Source: Malacoraja senta (lineage: Eukaryota). From it: a DNA stretch of 64,000 bases. Shown here in pieces: positions 34,957 through 49,250 of this stretch. The notes under the pieces are model-generated. The model had not been told where the DNA came from, made no database searches, and was given only the letters and a program-made list of their open reading frames with translations. The stretch spans positions 15,998,001 to 16,062,000 of the forward strand of contig CM075989.1 in assembly GCA_038087875.1 (NCBI GenBank). Direction: 5' to 3'. Positions within the stretch are counted from its first letter, which is position 1, and each line of letters begins with the position of its first letter. The position numbers were made by a program, and so were the translations under genes.

Positions 34957-37049
34957 TTTTTTTTCTTTTTTTTTTAAATATTTTTTATTTTATTAGAAGT
35001 ATTGTACATTACAGTAATCTGCAATAATGTAAGTTTATATTTTCTTGTACCACTTCTTATTTTAAACTTTAATAAGAGAAAAGGATAGAAAGAGTTAGTA
35101 AAGATAGTAAGTGAGTGATTGAAAGAGTGGTCCAGGAACACCCATATGGACCTAAACCACAAGAAATAGTTTAAAAAAAAGAGAAAAAACAAAAGGAGGA
35201 AAAAGAAAAAAGAAAACATAAGGTAAGGTAGGACAATATGAAAGGGATGTACTTACTTCATATCTTTACTCACCCCTCGCCAGTTCCTGAAACCATTTAT
35301 TATCAACATTTTGTTGCACCCTATGTTTGTAATAAGTCGATAAATGGAGACCAAATCTTTTGGAATTGGTCTGTTTTACCTGCTAAGAGGAATCTCATAT
35401 CTTCTAGGGGTAACAATTCCGACATATTAGAAGTCCACATTTTTGTCGTTGGCGTGGGAGCATTTTTCCAAAATTTCAGAATAAGTTTTTTTGCCGTTAT
35501 TAAGTCATAATTAAGAAAACTCCTTTGAAACGAAGTCAGCTCCAAACTTGCTTCTATTGTTCTGCATTCGGTTTCAGTTTTATTTTAAATAATTTAGTGA
35601 AAATTTCAAAAATTTCATTCCAAACCTTTAGGATTTTTATACAAAAAACAAAAGAATGTGCTATAGTTGCTTCTTGGGTTAGGCATTTATCACAGATAGA
35701 AGAGGTATTTGGGTAAAATTTACTTAATTTAACTTTCGAATAGTATAATCTATGTAAAATTTTAAATTGAATTAGAGTATGTCTTACGTTAATCGAGCAT
35801 TTATGCACATATAACAGGTGTTTATCCCAACTCTCTTTCGAGATTTTTATAGCTAGTTCCTGTTCCCATTCTCTTCTAATCCCATCAGATGATGGAATTT
35901 GTATGTTTAAAATGGAATTATACAGGTATGATATTAAATTAGCTGATTCCGCTTTTATATTCATTATCTCATCTAATAGGTCAGGAAACATATTTTGATA
36001 TTCTCGTGTATATTTTTTCAAATAGTCACGTATTTGAAAGTATTTAAAATATTGATTACTACTCAAGTTGTATTTAAGTTGTAGTTGGTGAAATGTTAAA
36101 AAAACTTCCATTATCATACATATCTCCAAACGTTTTAATTCCTACTCTATCCCAATTTGTAAAAGATTTATCTATCATAGAAGGTTTAAACGAAGGGTTA
36201 TTCATTATAGGTGAGAAAAGTGATAGATTTCTTAATTTTAAAGTTAATTTTATTTATTTCCAAATTCTAATTGTACTATGAATAATTGGATTTTTACTGT
36301 ATATTGTATTCTTCATTTTTGTTGGTAAGAGAAGGATCGCTCCTATGTTAAAAGGGGAACAATCCTCTCTCTCCATTGCTATCCAATCCACCTGCTGGGC
36401 CGAATTGTCCAACAGGTGAATCATATTTTTGACATTTGTGGCCCAGTAATAATATAAAAAATTAGGGAGTGATAATCCGCCAGATTCTTTAGGTTTACAC
36501 AAATGTTTTCTTTGGATTCTGTGGGATTTATAGTCCCATATAAAGTTTGTAATGTCAGCATCCAATTTAAAAAAAAAAAAAAAAGGTAAATATATCGGTA
36601 TTGACTGGAATAGATATAAAATTTGTGGTAAAAAGATCATTTTTATAGCATTTATTCGGCCTATAAGAGACATCGGGAGAGTTTTCCAGAATTTAATCAG
36701 TATGTTTAATTTATTGAGTAAGGGCATATAGTTTGCATTAAATAAAGATTTATATTTTCTAGTAATTTCAATTCCCAAATATTTAAATTTTTCTGAAGCG
36801 ATTTTAAAAGGGAATTTTAACAGGTGTGTTGGGTCTTGAGGTTTAATTGTCATAATTTCACTTTTATTGCAATTTATTCTATATCCTGAAAAGGATCCAA
36901 ATTCCTCTATTAAATTTAATATATATTGGTATACTGATTTGTGATTTTGTGATATATAGTAGTACATCATCTGCATATAATGATATCTTATTATTTGAGT
37001 ATTTTGTATTATACCCATGGATATTCGGATGTATTCTAATACTTTCCGT
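34957..37049 (-). mobile_element. L1-clade LINE, 5'-truncated (RT C-terminus to polyA)
   Basis: FGSFSGYRIN.NKSE..FKYLGI..W..LPMSLIGRINAIKMIFLPQILYLFQSIP..GGLSLPNFLYYYWA. Poly(T) at the left end. 13-bp TSD GACAAGAAACTCT at 34944-34956 and 37050-37062. Confidence 0.92.
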
Positions 37050-37980
37050 GACAAGAAACTCTAATAGATTACAAAGTATTCATCAGGATTCTTAATCGCT
37101 GGCCTTTATCCATTAATCCTCTGCTTAAGAGGATCCTGCAGCACATACGGGCCTGTTTAAGTGTTGCAGAAAGCTGCCAGCGTTTGGCCACTTATAATTC
37201 CTTCACCGCTTCTCAAAGTCTGGCAGTTCAGTGAGATGTCCTCACCTTCCACTCATGGGCCAGTTGAGTGTAAAATATGCGATCGAGCTTTGAGGGCATT
37301 TCCATCGCTCGACCACTCGGAAATGCTGAGCAACCCTGGAAATAAAACACTTGGCTCCGCTCACACTCTGCTGGCTGTGACTCATTATGTAAATGTACCG
37401 CCTGAAGATGAAGGAGAAATTGCTGCCCTCATCCGCTCTTTATTTTGCATTCAACTCAACAACTGTCCATACATATTTAAATTAGATTATAACTGTGATT
37501 GCTTTCAGCATTGCTCCCAGTGCTATAAATTTCATGTAAATGTGTAAACCTTGTGAAACTGCGTCGCATCTTTCACTGGAAGCAGACTGTCCTGTGCGTG
37601 ATGTTTCCACTGTGTATGGGAAGCGGAATTCAAAGCAGCCCTGCACAAACCTGGAGACTCTTTGGGCTACTGACATCACACACTCGCAGTCTGTTACCAG
37701 GAAGAGCACACACAGCAGGATGGCTACAACTCTGCCAATGCTGACGTGAAAATCATACGGTCTACAAGATGCTTTCATTTCTACTCCATAAAAGGCAGAA
37801 CTGTTGCAGAATTCGATCCCCTGAAATGGTTGCATTTTTTTTTTCATTTTTATTTTTAATTTTTATTAGAAGCAATTGTACATTCGGCATCTAAGATTAT
37901 ACAATTATTGTACAGCTTCATTTTTAACCTTATAACCTGAAATAGAAAAAATAAAAGAAAAAGAGAACATTTTATTAACA

Positions 37981-38270
37981 GGGTGGCACAGTGGCGCAGC
38001 GATAGAGTTGCTGCCTCACAGCACCAGAGACCCGGGTTCGATCCTGACTACGGGTGATGTCTGTACGTTCTCCCTGCGACCGTGTGGCTTTTCTCCGGGT
38101 GCTCTGGTTTCCTCGAAGATGTTCGGGAATGCAGGTTAATTGGCTTCTGCAAATTGTGAATTGTCCCTAGTGTGAAGGATTATGTTAGTGTACGGGGTGA
38201 TTGCAGGTTGGCACGGACTTGGTGGCTCGAAGTGCATATATCTACACTGTATCTCTGAAGTTTAAATTTA
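37981..38270 (+). mobile_element. HE1-like V-SINE
   Basis: gggtggcacagtggcgcagcgatagagttgctgcctcacagc..gggttcgatcc head and V-domain. An L1 3' tail remnant precedes it at about 37835-37970. Confidence 0.85.
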
Positions 38271-38278
38271 AGCCTAAA

Positions 38279-40641
38279 CATAGATACATAGATACATAGA
38301 AAATAGGTGCAGGAGTAGGCCATTCGGCCCTTCGAGCCTGCACCGCCATTCAATATGATCATGGCTGATCATCCAACTCAGTATCCCGTACCTGCCTTCT
38401 CTCCATACCCCCTGATCCCCTTAGCCACAAGGGCCACATCTAACTCCCTCTTAAATATAGCCAATGAACTGGCCTCAACTACCCTCTGTGGCAGAGAGTT
38501 CCAGAGATTCACCACTCTCTGTGTGAAAAAGTTTTTCCTCTTCTCGGTCTTAAAGGATTTCCCCCTTATCCTTAAGCTGTGACCCCTTGTCCTGGACCTC
38601 CCCAACATCGGGAACAATCTTCCTGCATCTAGCCTGTCCAACCCCATAAGAAATTTGTATGTTTCTATAAGATCCCCTCTCAATCTCCTAAATTCTTGCG
38701 AGTATAAGCCAAGTCTATCCAGTCTTTCTTCATATGAAAGTCCTGACATCCCAGGAATCAGTCTGGTGAACCTTCTCTGCACTCCCTCTATGGCTATAAT
38801 GTCCTTCCTCAGATTTGGAGACCAAAACTGTACGCAATACTCCAGGTGTGGTCTCACCAAGACCCTGTATAACTGCAGTAGAACCTCCCTGCTCCTATAC
38901 TCAAATCCTCTTGCTATGAAAGCCAACATACCATTCGCTTTCTTCACTGCCTGCTGCACCTGCATGCCTACTTTCAATGACTGGTGTACCATGACACCCA
39001 GGTCTCGCTGCATCTCCCCATTTCCTAATCGGCCACCATTTAGATAATAGTCTGCCTTCCCGTTTTTGCCACCAAAGTGAATAACCTCACATTTATCCAC
39101 ATTATACTGCATCTGCCAAACATTTGCCCACTCACCCAGCCTATCCAAGTCACCTTGCAGTCTCCTAGCATCCTCCTCACAGCTAACACTGCCCCCCCAG
39201 CTTAGTGTCATCCGCAAACTTGGAGATGTTGCTTTCAATTCCCTCATCCAGTTCATTAATATAAATTGTAAATAGCTGGGGTCCCAGCACTGAGCCTTGC
39301 GGTACCCCGCTAGTCACTGCCTGCCATTGTGAAAAGGACCCGTTTACTCCTACTCTTTGCTTCCTGTTTGCCAGCCAGTTTTCTATCCACATCAATACTG
39401 AACCCCCAATACCGTGTGATTTAAGTTTGTAACCTAATCTCTTATGTGGTACCTTGTCGAAAGCCTTCTGAAAGTCCAGATACAACACATCCACTGGTTC
39501 TCCCCTATCCACTCTACTAGTTACATCCTCGAAAAATTCTATTAGATTCGTCAGACACGATTTACCTTTCGTAAATCCATGCTGACTTTGTCCAATGATT
39601 ACACCACTTTCCAAATGTGCTGCTATCCCATCTTTAATAACTGACTCTAGCAGTTTCCCCACTACCGATGTTAGACTAACTGGTCTGTAATTCCCCGTTT
39701 TCTCTCTCCCTCCCTTCTTAAAAAGTGGGGTTACGTTTGCTACCCACCAATCCTCAGGAACTACTCCAGAATCTAAAGAGTTTTGAAAAATTATCACTAA
39801 TGCATCCACGATTTCTGGAGCTACTTCCTTAAGTATTCTGGGATGCAGCCTATCTGGCCCTGGTGATTTATCGGCCTTTAATCCATTCAATTTACCCAAT
39901 ACCACTTCCCGACTAACCTGGATATCACTCAGTTCCTCCATCTCCTTTGACCCGCGGCCCCCTGCTATTTCCGGCAGATTATTTATGTCTTCTTTAGTGA
40001 AGACGGAACCAAAGTAGTTATTCAATTGGTCCGCCATATACTTGTTCCCCATGATCAATTCACCTGTTTCTGACTGCAAGGGACCTACATTTGTTTTAAC
40101 TAATCTCTTTCTCTTCACATATCTATAAAAACTTTTGCAGTCAGTTTTTATGTTCCCTGCCAGTTTCCTTTCATAATCTATTTTCCCTTTCCTAATTAAG
40201 CCCTTTGTCCTCCTCTGCTGGTCTGAATTTCTCCCAGTCCTCTGGTATGCTGCTTTTTCTGGCTAATTTGTACGCATCATCTTTTGCTTTGATACTATCC
40301 CTGATTTCCCTTGTTATCCACGGATGCACTACCTTCCCTGATTTATTCTTTTGCCAAACTGGGATGAACAATTTTTGTAGTTCATCCATGCAGTCTTTAA
40401 ATGCCTTCCATTGCATATCCACCGTCAACCCTTTTAGAACTAATTGCCAGTCAATCTTGGCCAATTCACGTCTCATACCCTCAAAGTTACCTTTCTTTAA
40501 GTTCAGAACCGTTGTTTCTGAATTAACAATGTCACTCTCCATCCTAATGAAGAACTCAACCATATTATGGTCACTCTTGCCCAAGAGGGCACGCACAACA
40601 AGACTGCTAACTAACCCTTCCTCATTACTCAATACCCAGTC
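38279..40641 (-). mobile_element. Young CR1 (HER1-like) LINE, 5'-truncated ORF2
   Basis: RT motifs [43 protein letters not shown], and a (tatgtatc)n 3' tail. Two frameshifts at about 39195 and 40222. Confidence 0.95.
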
Positions 40642-41336
40642 AACAATGAGAGGTTGGCTTCTGTCAGATCTTTGCCTCGATCTAATGACAATAAATGCAC
40701 AATTTCAACACCACTGATTTCAAATGTGCTGTACTTTGTTCCGCCATTTTGTCACCTCCCTGAACATGTGCTGCTTGACCTACTTGTTACTTTTTTGTGA
40801 CCTGTGTAACGTTAGTGCAGCATGCGATACATTGCAACACACTATCAGTTACCATGACATCCCTCCCTTATCAAACAAACAAAAAGTGGACAGGCTTCCA
40901 GCAGAAATCTCCCCTAATTGGTAAGATCAAGCAGGGAAGGGTGGTGCCTTGATGTTCGAAAGCACGTTCCAAAAACGTAATGACTGTGAAGAGAGGAATA
41001 ATGTTTAACTTTGAACAAATATGACACTGTATTGATTGTCACGGAACCCAAGGTTGCTTTACCACAGCCTTTACGTTTATAGAATTGATCCATGCTCCAT
41101 TACTGTCAGATGACTATTAAGTTCTGCTGTAGATTCACACGTGTTGACTTTGTAAATCAACACTGATGATCATTTGCCTCTATTTGTCCATGACTACAGT
41201 AAACTCCATGTTATAGAAATTGTCATAGTCATGCAGCACCAAAACAGGCCCTTCGGCCCAACACTTCCATGCCAACCAAGATGCCCTATCCAAGCTAGTC
41301 TCATTTGACAGCGCCTGCCGATATATCTCTTTAAAG

Positions 41337-41660
41337 GCTGCACGGTGGCGGAAAAGCAGATTTGCTGCCTCACACCCCAGAGAGCCGCGTTCAAACCTGA
41401 TCTCCAGTGTTGTCTGTGTGGAGTTTGCACGTTCTCCCTGTGACGGCATGGGTTTCCTCTGGGTGCTCCGGTTTCCTCCCACATCCCAAAGACCTGCGGG
41501 TTTGTGCGTTAATTGACCTTGGTGAAATTACCCCTAGTGTGTAGGTAGTGCGTGAGAAAGCGAGATAACATTGAACTAATGTGAACAGGTGATCAATGGT
41601 CGGCATGGACTTAGTGGGCCGAAGGGCCTGTTTCTATGCTGTATTTCTAAACTCTAAAAC
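41337..41660 (+). mobile_element. HE1-like V-SINE
   Basis: V-domain gtgtggagtttgcacgttctccctgtg..gggtttcctctgggtgctccggtttcctcccaca. Confidence 0.85.
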
Positions 41661-42566
41661 CTACAAATCTGTTTCCATGCTGTATGAAGCGATGACAATT
41701 TCTATAATGTGTAGTACTGTAGTCATGGACAAATGTCTTTTCAAAATGTTGCTACATTTGTTTGTTATATTTCAGTAAAAGCTGCCATCCCAAAGTTTGA
41801 TTATGCCTTTGCGCTGCTTACAGTGACGGTGAATTGGAAATCACGGTTCAACAGTGATGTCTTCAGGAAGTTCATGTGAGGTGTAGAATGAAGCCATTCG
41901 GCCCATCAAGTCCACTCTGCCTTTCAATCATGACTGATCTATCGTTCGCTCCTAACCCCACTCTCCTGCCTTCTCCCCATAACCCTTGACACCCATACTA
42001 ATCAAGAAGTTATCTAAGTTTCACACATCACAAGAGTACTCCAGCCAGCAGAAGCCAATGACGAAGTGAAGAGGTTAATGTGAACACCAACAGCTCGTGC
42101 CCGAGGGAGGTCATGGATGCAAAGAGTCTTCTGGTTTTACAGCATTACAGAGCCATATTCAGCAACAGGGAGAGCACCAGTTACAGTAAGAAAGCAGGCC
42201 TTCCCAAGGCATCTTGCGATAGAGGGGGAGAACATCTCTGTGAGCGTGGCTGTATCTGGACAGTCGGACAGATGCCAGGAAAGATAATGGAGGGAAACAT
42301 TGTTTCATCCTGAGGATGCGGTCCTTGAGAAAAGCAGAAAACACATGGGCGAGGGAGCAGAACCGTGGGACACATCACCAGAAGTGACTGCAATCATCTC
42401 ACATTGCATGATTCACAGAGCATCACACAAAACGTGTCATACTCCAGAGCCCTCACAGGCCATCCACCATCACTAAAATGGATGAACTCAAGGGTGAAAA
42501 AGAAGCTCAGAGACACAGCTGCCAACACCTTCACACCCGGACCTCACCAGCCCCACCCACCACACT

Positions 42567-45238
42567 AGTTTAGTTATGTTTAGAGATACAGCGCGGAAAC
42601 AGCGCGCCCACCGAGTCCGCACCGACCAGCGATCCCCACACATTAACACTATCCTACACACACTCGGGACAATTTACATTTATACCAAAGCCAATTAACC
42701 TACAAACCTGTACGTCTTTGGAGTGTCGGAAAAACCCACACGGTCACGGGGAGAACGTACAAACTCCGCACAGACAGCACCCATCGTCGGGATCGAACCT
42801 GGGTCTCTACCGCTGTAAGCACTGTAGGGCAACAACTCCACCGCTGCACCACTGTGCCGCACTACTTAAGTTTAGTTTGTTATTGTCATGTGTACTGAGG
42901 TACAGTGAAAAGCTTTTGTTGCCGCTGTACCGTCAGTGAATAGATTGCAAATCCACATCTGAGACCAGCATGCAAAGAGTCGCCTGGCTTTGGCGCCATC
43001 TTGGCTCCAAACTAGTGGAGACCTCTTGCAGTTTTGAGCGACTTTTTAAGGAAGAAAGACTGAGAAAATGAAGACGGTTCTTTTAATTAACGTGAGGGGG
43101 ATGTAATGTTGTCATGCTACGTTGGGACATTACCTTTTTGCAGACAAGGTATATATTTTCTATTTAAGATTGTGTATAGTTCAGGGCACGACCGATACCC
43201 TGGGTGGGCTAATAAAACCAGTAGCCATGCGTTGTGCATTGTGCAGTGGTGAGTCTGTAAAAAGCTTACTGGGGACTGTTCAAAGTTCTCTAATAGGGGG
43301 TCTGACAGCATCTACTCTGTTCTGTCTCAGGCACGTTAGTTAGAAGCTGCCAGTTTTAAAGCCTGCATTGAGGACACCCCAATACAGTTTCAGTTTCTCA
43401 CAGAGCCTCACTGAGTTTCTTACGACCACACCGCCAGTTAGCTCCAAAGTTTTACAATTTAAAGAAAGGATAATTTTGAAACATTACAATCTTTTAACGA
43501 AGTTCTTCTTCACTGGGCCATGTTGACATGGAAACACATCACTCATAATCAGTGTGCGTCTGTCAGTGATTGGCACTGGATGTGAAATCTTACTGTGAGA
43601 ATCTCAATGGCCAGATAGGTTAGCTCTTCAGCAAAATAAACCAGTGGTGCAGCGCTAGAGTTACTGCCTTACAGCACCAGAGATCCAGGTTCGATCCTGA
43701 TTACGGGTGCTGCCTGTACAGAGTTTGTACATTCTCCCAGTGACCGCGTGGGTTTTCTCCGGGTGCTCAGGTTTCCTTCCACATTCCAAAGAAGTGCAGG
43801 CTTCTAGGTTAAATGTCTCCAGTCAATTGTCCCTGGTGTGTAGGATAGAATTAGTGTATGGGTGATCGATGGTCGGCGCAGAATCGGTGGGTCGAAGGGC
43901 CTGTTTCCACACTGTATCTCCAAACTAAACTGAACTAAACGAAAAGAGAATCATGTGGATGTTAGCAAGCCCAACTTAAATGCAAGGAGGCATGGCTTCT
44001 GATTTAACGATGCAATGAGTATGGGGTGAAGTTTCATTTATGTGAGTGTTATTACAATATTATAGTTCACCTTTACAAATTGAAATACAGTATTGTAAGT
44101 CCAAGTCTACTTTATGATACCAAAATGATTTGTTGAAATAATTAAAGCTTGGCCTTTCTTAGTGCAGAGAACAGAATGTTCTGTGACACAGCCATCTCAT
44201 TGCCTGTAGCAGGTAGACGTTAATGGCTCTTCTCAAAGCTGCAGACTGCAGACATCGAGACCACACCGGGGCTGCACGGTGCCGCAGCGGTAGAGTTGCT
44301 GCCAGCGCCAGAGGCCCGGGTACGATCCTGACTACGGGTGGTGACTGCACAGAGTTTGTACGTTCTCTCCGTGACCTGTGTGGGTTTTCTCCAGGATCTC
44401 CGGTTTCCTACCACACTCCAAAGATGTACAGATTTGTAGGCTAATTGTAAATTGTCCCTAGTGGGTGTGGAATAGTGTTAGTGTGTGGCGATCGCTGGTC
44501 AGCGCGGACTTGGAGGGCCGAAGGGCCATTTTCCGCGCTGAATCTCTAAACTAAACTGAAAACCACCAGGTAGCTGAAGAAAGTTCGAAGCTCAATTCAG
44601 CCCTGGCCGTGACCACATCAAGAACCCATCTACACTCCTCCTATGCTAACTCTGTCTTTATTTTATATTATCTTGTTTCTTATTTTATTTTATAAAACTA
44701 AATAAAATAAAACAGGGTTAGTGTAGGATTGGTGTGGATGAGTGCTTAATGGTCGGCACAGACTTGATGGGCCAAAGGGCATGTTTCCATGGTGGGTGAT
44801 TTTAGGATGAAGTACATAGTTGAAGCTGGTTGGGCCAGAGGAACTCCTGCAGTGATGTTACAGGGGCTGCGAAGTTGCAATCAAAACCTCAACGTCAGAA
44901 AAGAAAACCCTTTAATTCGTGATCTCCTGGGGAGTTGTATTAGTTTAGTTTTAGTTTTAGAGATACAGCACAGAAACAGGCCCTTCGGCCCACTGAGTCT
45001 GCGCCGACCAGCAATCCCCGCACACTAACACTATCTCGGTACAATTTACAATATCACCAAAGTCAATTAACCTCCAAACCTGCAAGTCTTTAGAGTGTGG
45101 GAGGAAACCGGAGCACCCGGAGAAAAGCCACGCGGGTCACGAGGAGAACGTACAAACTCCGTACAGACAGCACCCATGGTCAGGATCAGGTCCCTGGCGC
45201 TGTAAGGCAGCAACTCTACCACTGCGCCACTGTGCCGC
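42567..45238. mobile_element. Cluster of four HE1-like SINEs (42567-42860 minus, 43640-43940 plus, 44267-44560 plus, 44940-45238 minus)
   Basis: Each shows head, V-domain and (ctaaa)n tail. Confidence 0.85.
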
Positions 45239-46599
45239 TCATGCATTCAGTGCATTGTTCTTGTTTATTTTGTGTATGTCATATCACAGTCATTCCTCAA
45301 CATGGGAGATGCAGTGTCTGCATGTCGAAAGGTTCCGACCCGAAACCTATTACTTTTCTCCAGGATGCTGCCTGACCCGCTGAGTTACTCCAGTGTCTTT
45401 TGTCTATTTTAGATGCAGTGTCAGTCAGGTTAGAGGTGTCGTGCCAACAGCGTGCTGCCTTCCACACTCCCTGATGCTGCAAAGTTAGACGCACAAGAGT
45501 GTGTCCTCACCAGCTGTGTCTGCTTCCATATGCTAGGCGGCAATTTTACCCAGAAATGAATGCTAACATGATTCATCCTTGGCAAAATCGATTATGGACC
45601 ACACCGTGCTATAAAAAACAAGCAATGTGCAATCCAATTTCCATAATTGTTAACAAAATTAGCGCGAAGATCAATATCAAAATAGCTGATTGGGAAGAAA
45701 GTCCATCTTGTGTGCTATAATACAGGTGGAGGTCTTATATCATCATTGAAGGATTAAATGAACAATAACAATAAAACTTAACTACCTAAATAATGATCTA
45801 GCTCACTGCTGTCACAATCTCCACTATTAGTCTTCATTATACTCCACTGCCAATGTAATAATATGTAAATGACAAAGATTGCAGTCAATAGGATAATGGA
45901 TTCATGTTTAAAGATAAGCTGATGGTGGAGTACGTAATGTAATTTATTTTGATTTACTGCTGGAGATGTATATAGATGGCGAAAATGGGCTATGGAATGA
46001 ATAAATGAAAGAATACATTCTAATCATCTTGTTGTCGAAATGGGAGTCGTTATTCCACTCTCTGAGAAGACAGTGCGTTCTGCATGAACAGACTTCCCCC
46101 ATCCAGTAAGGCAGCCAGGCATAATAACCACAAGTTTTTGAGCACCTGTTTACAGTCTCCAATTGATTTTCACACATTGACTGAGAATCACCAGGTGATT
46201 CAGTAATGGAAGGTTATACCATGATGATGGGAAAGTGTGCTCTAAATGCAAAAGAAATCCCGAGAGCCAATTCTAATTATTCCACAGGCTCCTGCCTTCT
46301 TTTACGATGACCAGTTATTAACGCTGGGCGCGTGGCTCCGCATTTAAAGGACATCGGTCTCAAGTTCACTCAGAGGACAAACTGATCATAAAATTGCAGC
46401 GCAGAAGGCCATTTGTTCCATCAGTTCTGTCCTGGTCCTTTGAAAGAGTTACCGAACTAACCCTACTCTTTCACAGTGCCTTGCACAATACTTGTTCTCA
46501 AACAAATCTATGGAATAGAGACTGTTCTTTTGTCTGTTTAATAAATAAAAAAGTATCACTGTTAACTTTGTTGGGTGAATTAAATGAGTCTTGTCAAAA

Positions 46600-48275
46600 A
46601 TTAGGAGCAAAAAACACAAAGTGCACCGTTTATAACGATGGGCTTATTGGGCTTTAAGCAGGGGAGGTCCTGTCTCACAATTATAATTACGTTTTTTGAA
46701 GATGGCACAAAGATGATTGTTGAGTGTAGGGTAGTGGATGGTGTCCATGTGAACCTCTGGTAAGCTGAAGATTGAGTCAAATGAGATTCACAGGAAGAGG
46801 AACGATTCACAGGAACCAATTGGATTTAAATTGGCTTTGTCATAGAAGACAGAGGATAATTTTCCTAACTGGAGGTTTGAGACCAGTGGTGTTCTAGGAG
46901 GATCAGTGCTGGGGCCAATATATATTGTTTGTAATATATATTAAGGATCTGGATGAAAATGTAGTGGTCTGATTAGTAAGTTTCCACATAACATGAAAAT
47001 TGGTGCAGTTGTGGGCAGCAAGGAAGGTTGTCAAATGATACAACAAAATATCGTGGAGAAATGGCAGAAGGAGTTTAATCTGGACAACTGTGAGTGAGCA
47101 GGTGCATTTCAGGAGGTCAAATGCAAGAGGAAAGTAAGCAGTAAATGACATGACCTTGAGGAGCAGTGAGGTACAGAGGTATCATGGAGTACCAGTTCAT
47201 AGCCACCCTGAAGGTGGCAACACAAGTGAATAGGGTGGTAAAGGCCAGTGCATGTTTGCCTTCATCAGGCAAGGTGTATACAAAACGGAAAGTCATGCTG
47301 CAGCTGTATAAAACCTTAGTTAAGCCACATTAGCAGCACTGAGTGCAGTTCTGGTCACCACATTACAAGAAGGATGCGGAGACTTTGGAGAGGGTGCAGA
47401 AGAGGGTTCACCAGGATTTAGCCTGGATTGGCGTGTACTGACTATAAATAGAAGCTGGACAAACTTGGATTGTTCTCTCTGGACCGTCAGAGGAAGCAGA
47501 GCAAACTGAGAGAAGTTTATACAATTATGAGAGGCATGGATAAGGTAGAGAGCGTATTTTATTCTTAGGATGGAATTGTCACATCCTAGAAGATGTAGAC
47601 TTTAAATGAAAAAGGAAAAGTTGAACGAGATTTGTGAGGCAAGTTTTCTTTTCCCACAGAACAATATATGACAATAGACAATATACAATAGGTGCAGGAG
47701 TAGGCCATTCGGCCCTTCGAGCCAGCACCGCCATTCAATGTGATCATGGCTGATCATCCCCAATCAGTACCCCTGCCTTCTCCCCAAATCCCCTGACTCC
47801 GCTATTTTTAAGAGCCCTATCTAGCTCTCTCTTAAAAGCATCCAGAGAACCTACCTCCACCGACCGCCCTGAGGCAGAGAATTCCACAGACTCACCACTC
47901 TCTGTGAGAAAAAGTGTTTCCTCGTCTCCGTTCTAAATGGCTTACTCTTTATACTTAAACTGTGGCCCCTGGTTCTGGACTCCCCCAACATCGGGAACAT
48001 GTTTCCTGCCTCTAGCATGTCCAAGCCCTTGACAATCTTATGTGTTTCAAGATGTGACTGGAATGTGCTGCCAGGGGAGGTGATGGATGCAGATAGGTGG
48101 TAGAAGCAGGTGGAAGCAGCATTTAAGAAGCATTTGGACAATTAAATGAACAGGCAGGGAATGGAGGGATATGTACCACGTGCAGGCAGATGGGATTAGT
48201 TTAAATGGCATCATGATCAACACAGACATGGTGGGCTGAAGGGTCGGTTTCTATGCACGACTATTCTATGTTCTA
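46600..48275 (+). mobile_element. Old CR1 LINE fragment interrupted by a younger minus-strand CR1 3' end (about 47663-48050)
   Basis: Decayed RT motifs (ggatcagtgctggggcca, gtgcagttctggtcacca, ttggagagggtgcagaag). The insert encodes MFPMLGESRTRGHSL..FFSQRVVSLWNSLP. Confidence 0.8.
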
Positions 48276-48496
48276 GACCTTGAGAGTGACCATTAGGAAC
48301 AACGTCTGTGTTTCCAGGTGTTCATATCTGAAACATACAACCCTCATTTGCAACACTGATATTTAGTAAAACAGATATGATTCATATAATAATTTGCCAA
48401 CCTGGATGGGTTTGGGCAAGACTGAACAAAACTCCGATCAAAATGTTTAGATAAATTGGTAAATAGAAACTATTGGATAATCCCACCAGGTTTTCT

Positions 48497-49250
48497 TTTT
48501 TTTTTAAATATTTTTCTTTTATTAGAAGTACAATTGTATACAATCATATTTTCATAATACATTTTATGTACAGCTTCTTATTTTTTTATTATAATAAAGA
48601 AGAAAAGAAAAAGAAATTAGATAATGAAGTATAGAAAAATGTGAGATATATAGTGTGTGGAGAAGAAAAATAGAGAGTGAAAGAGGAAAGTTAAAGAGTA
48701 GAAAATAGGAAAAAGAGAATAAAAGAAAAAAAGGAAGAAAAAGAAAAAAGAAGTAAGGAGATCTTATTTATAATCTTGACCATCCCTCGCCCAGTCACGA
48801 GTTAGCTTTTACAATTGTGTTGCACCATAAGATTCCAAAAAGACGACAAATGGGGACCAACTCGTTGTGAATTGGTCAAATTTATCTATTAGGTGGAATC
48901 GCATTTCCTCAAGATGTGCGGTGTCCAACATACTTGCAATCCACATTTTGAGCGTTGGTATTGGTGTATTTTTCCAAAATTTAAGTATTAATTTTTTTGC
49001 TATTATTAAACCATAATTAAAAAATAATTTTTGAGATGGATTCAATTTATTCCCATCTTCCATTACCCCAAATACAATCAATTCATTATTAGGTTCCATT
49101 TTTATCTTAAATAATTTTGTGAATATTTTGAAAATATCACTCCAAAATCTATAAGGTTTTATACAGGAAACAAAAGAGTGTGTTATAGTTGCATCTTGGA
49201 TTAAACATTTATCGCAAGTGGGGGATATATTTGGGTAAACTTTATTTAAT
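48497..49250 (-). mobile_element. L1-clade LINE 3' fragment related to 34957-37049
   Basis: NYGLIIAKKLILKFWKNTPIPTLKMW..LEEMRF. 10-bp TSD CAGGTTTTCT at 48487-48496 and 49251-49260. Confidence 0.88.

Noticed and set aside
37981..38050. tRNA-like A/B boxes here and at other SINE heads
   Set aside because: They run directly into SINE bodies and lack a full cloverleaf, so they are not tRNA genes.
38655..39047. Plus-strand ORFs duplicated at 59774-60166 and similar
   Set aside because: Antisense frames of CR1 ORF2.
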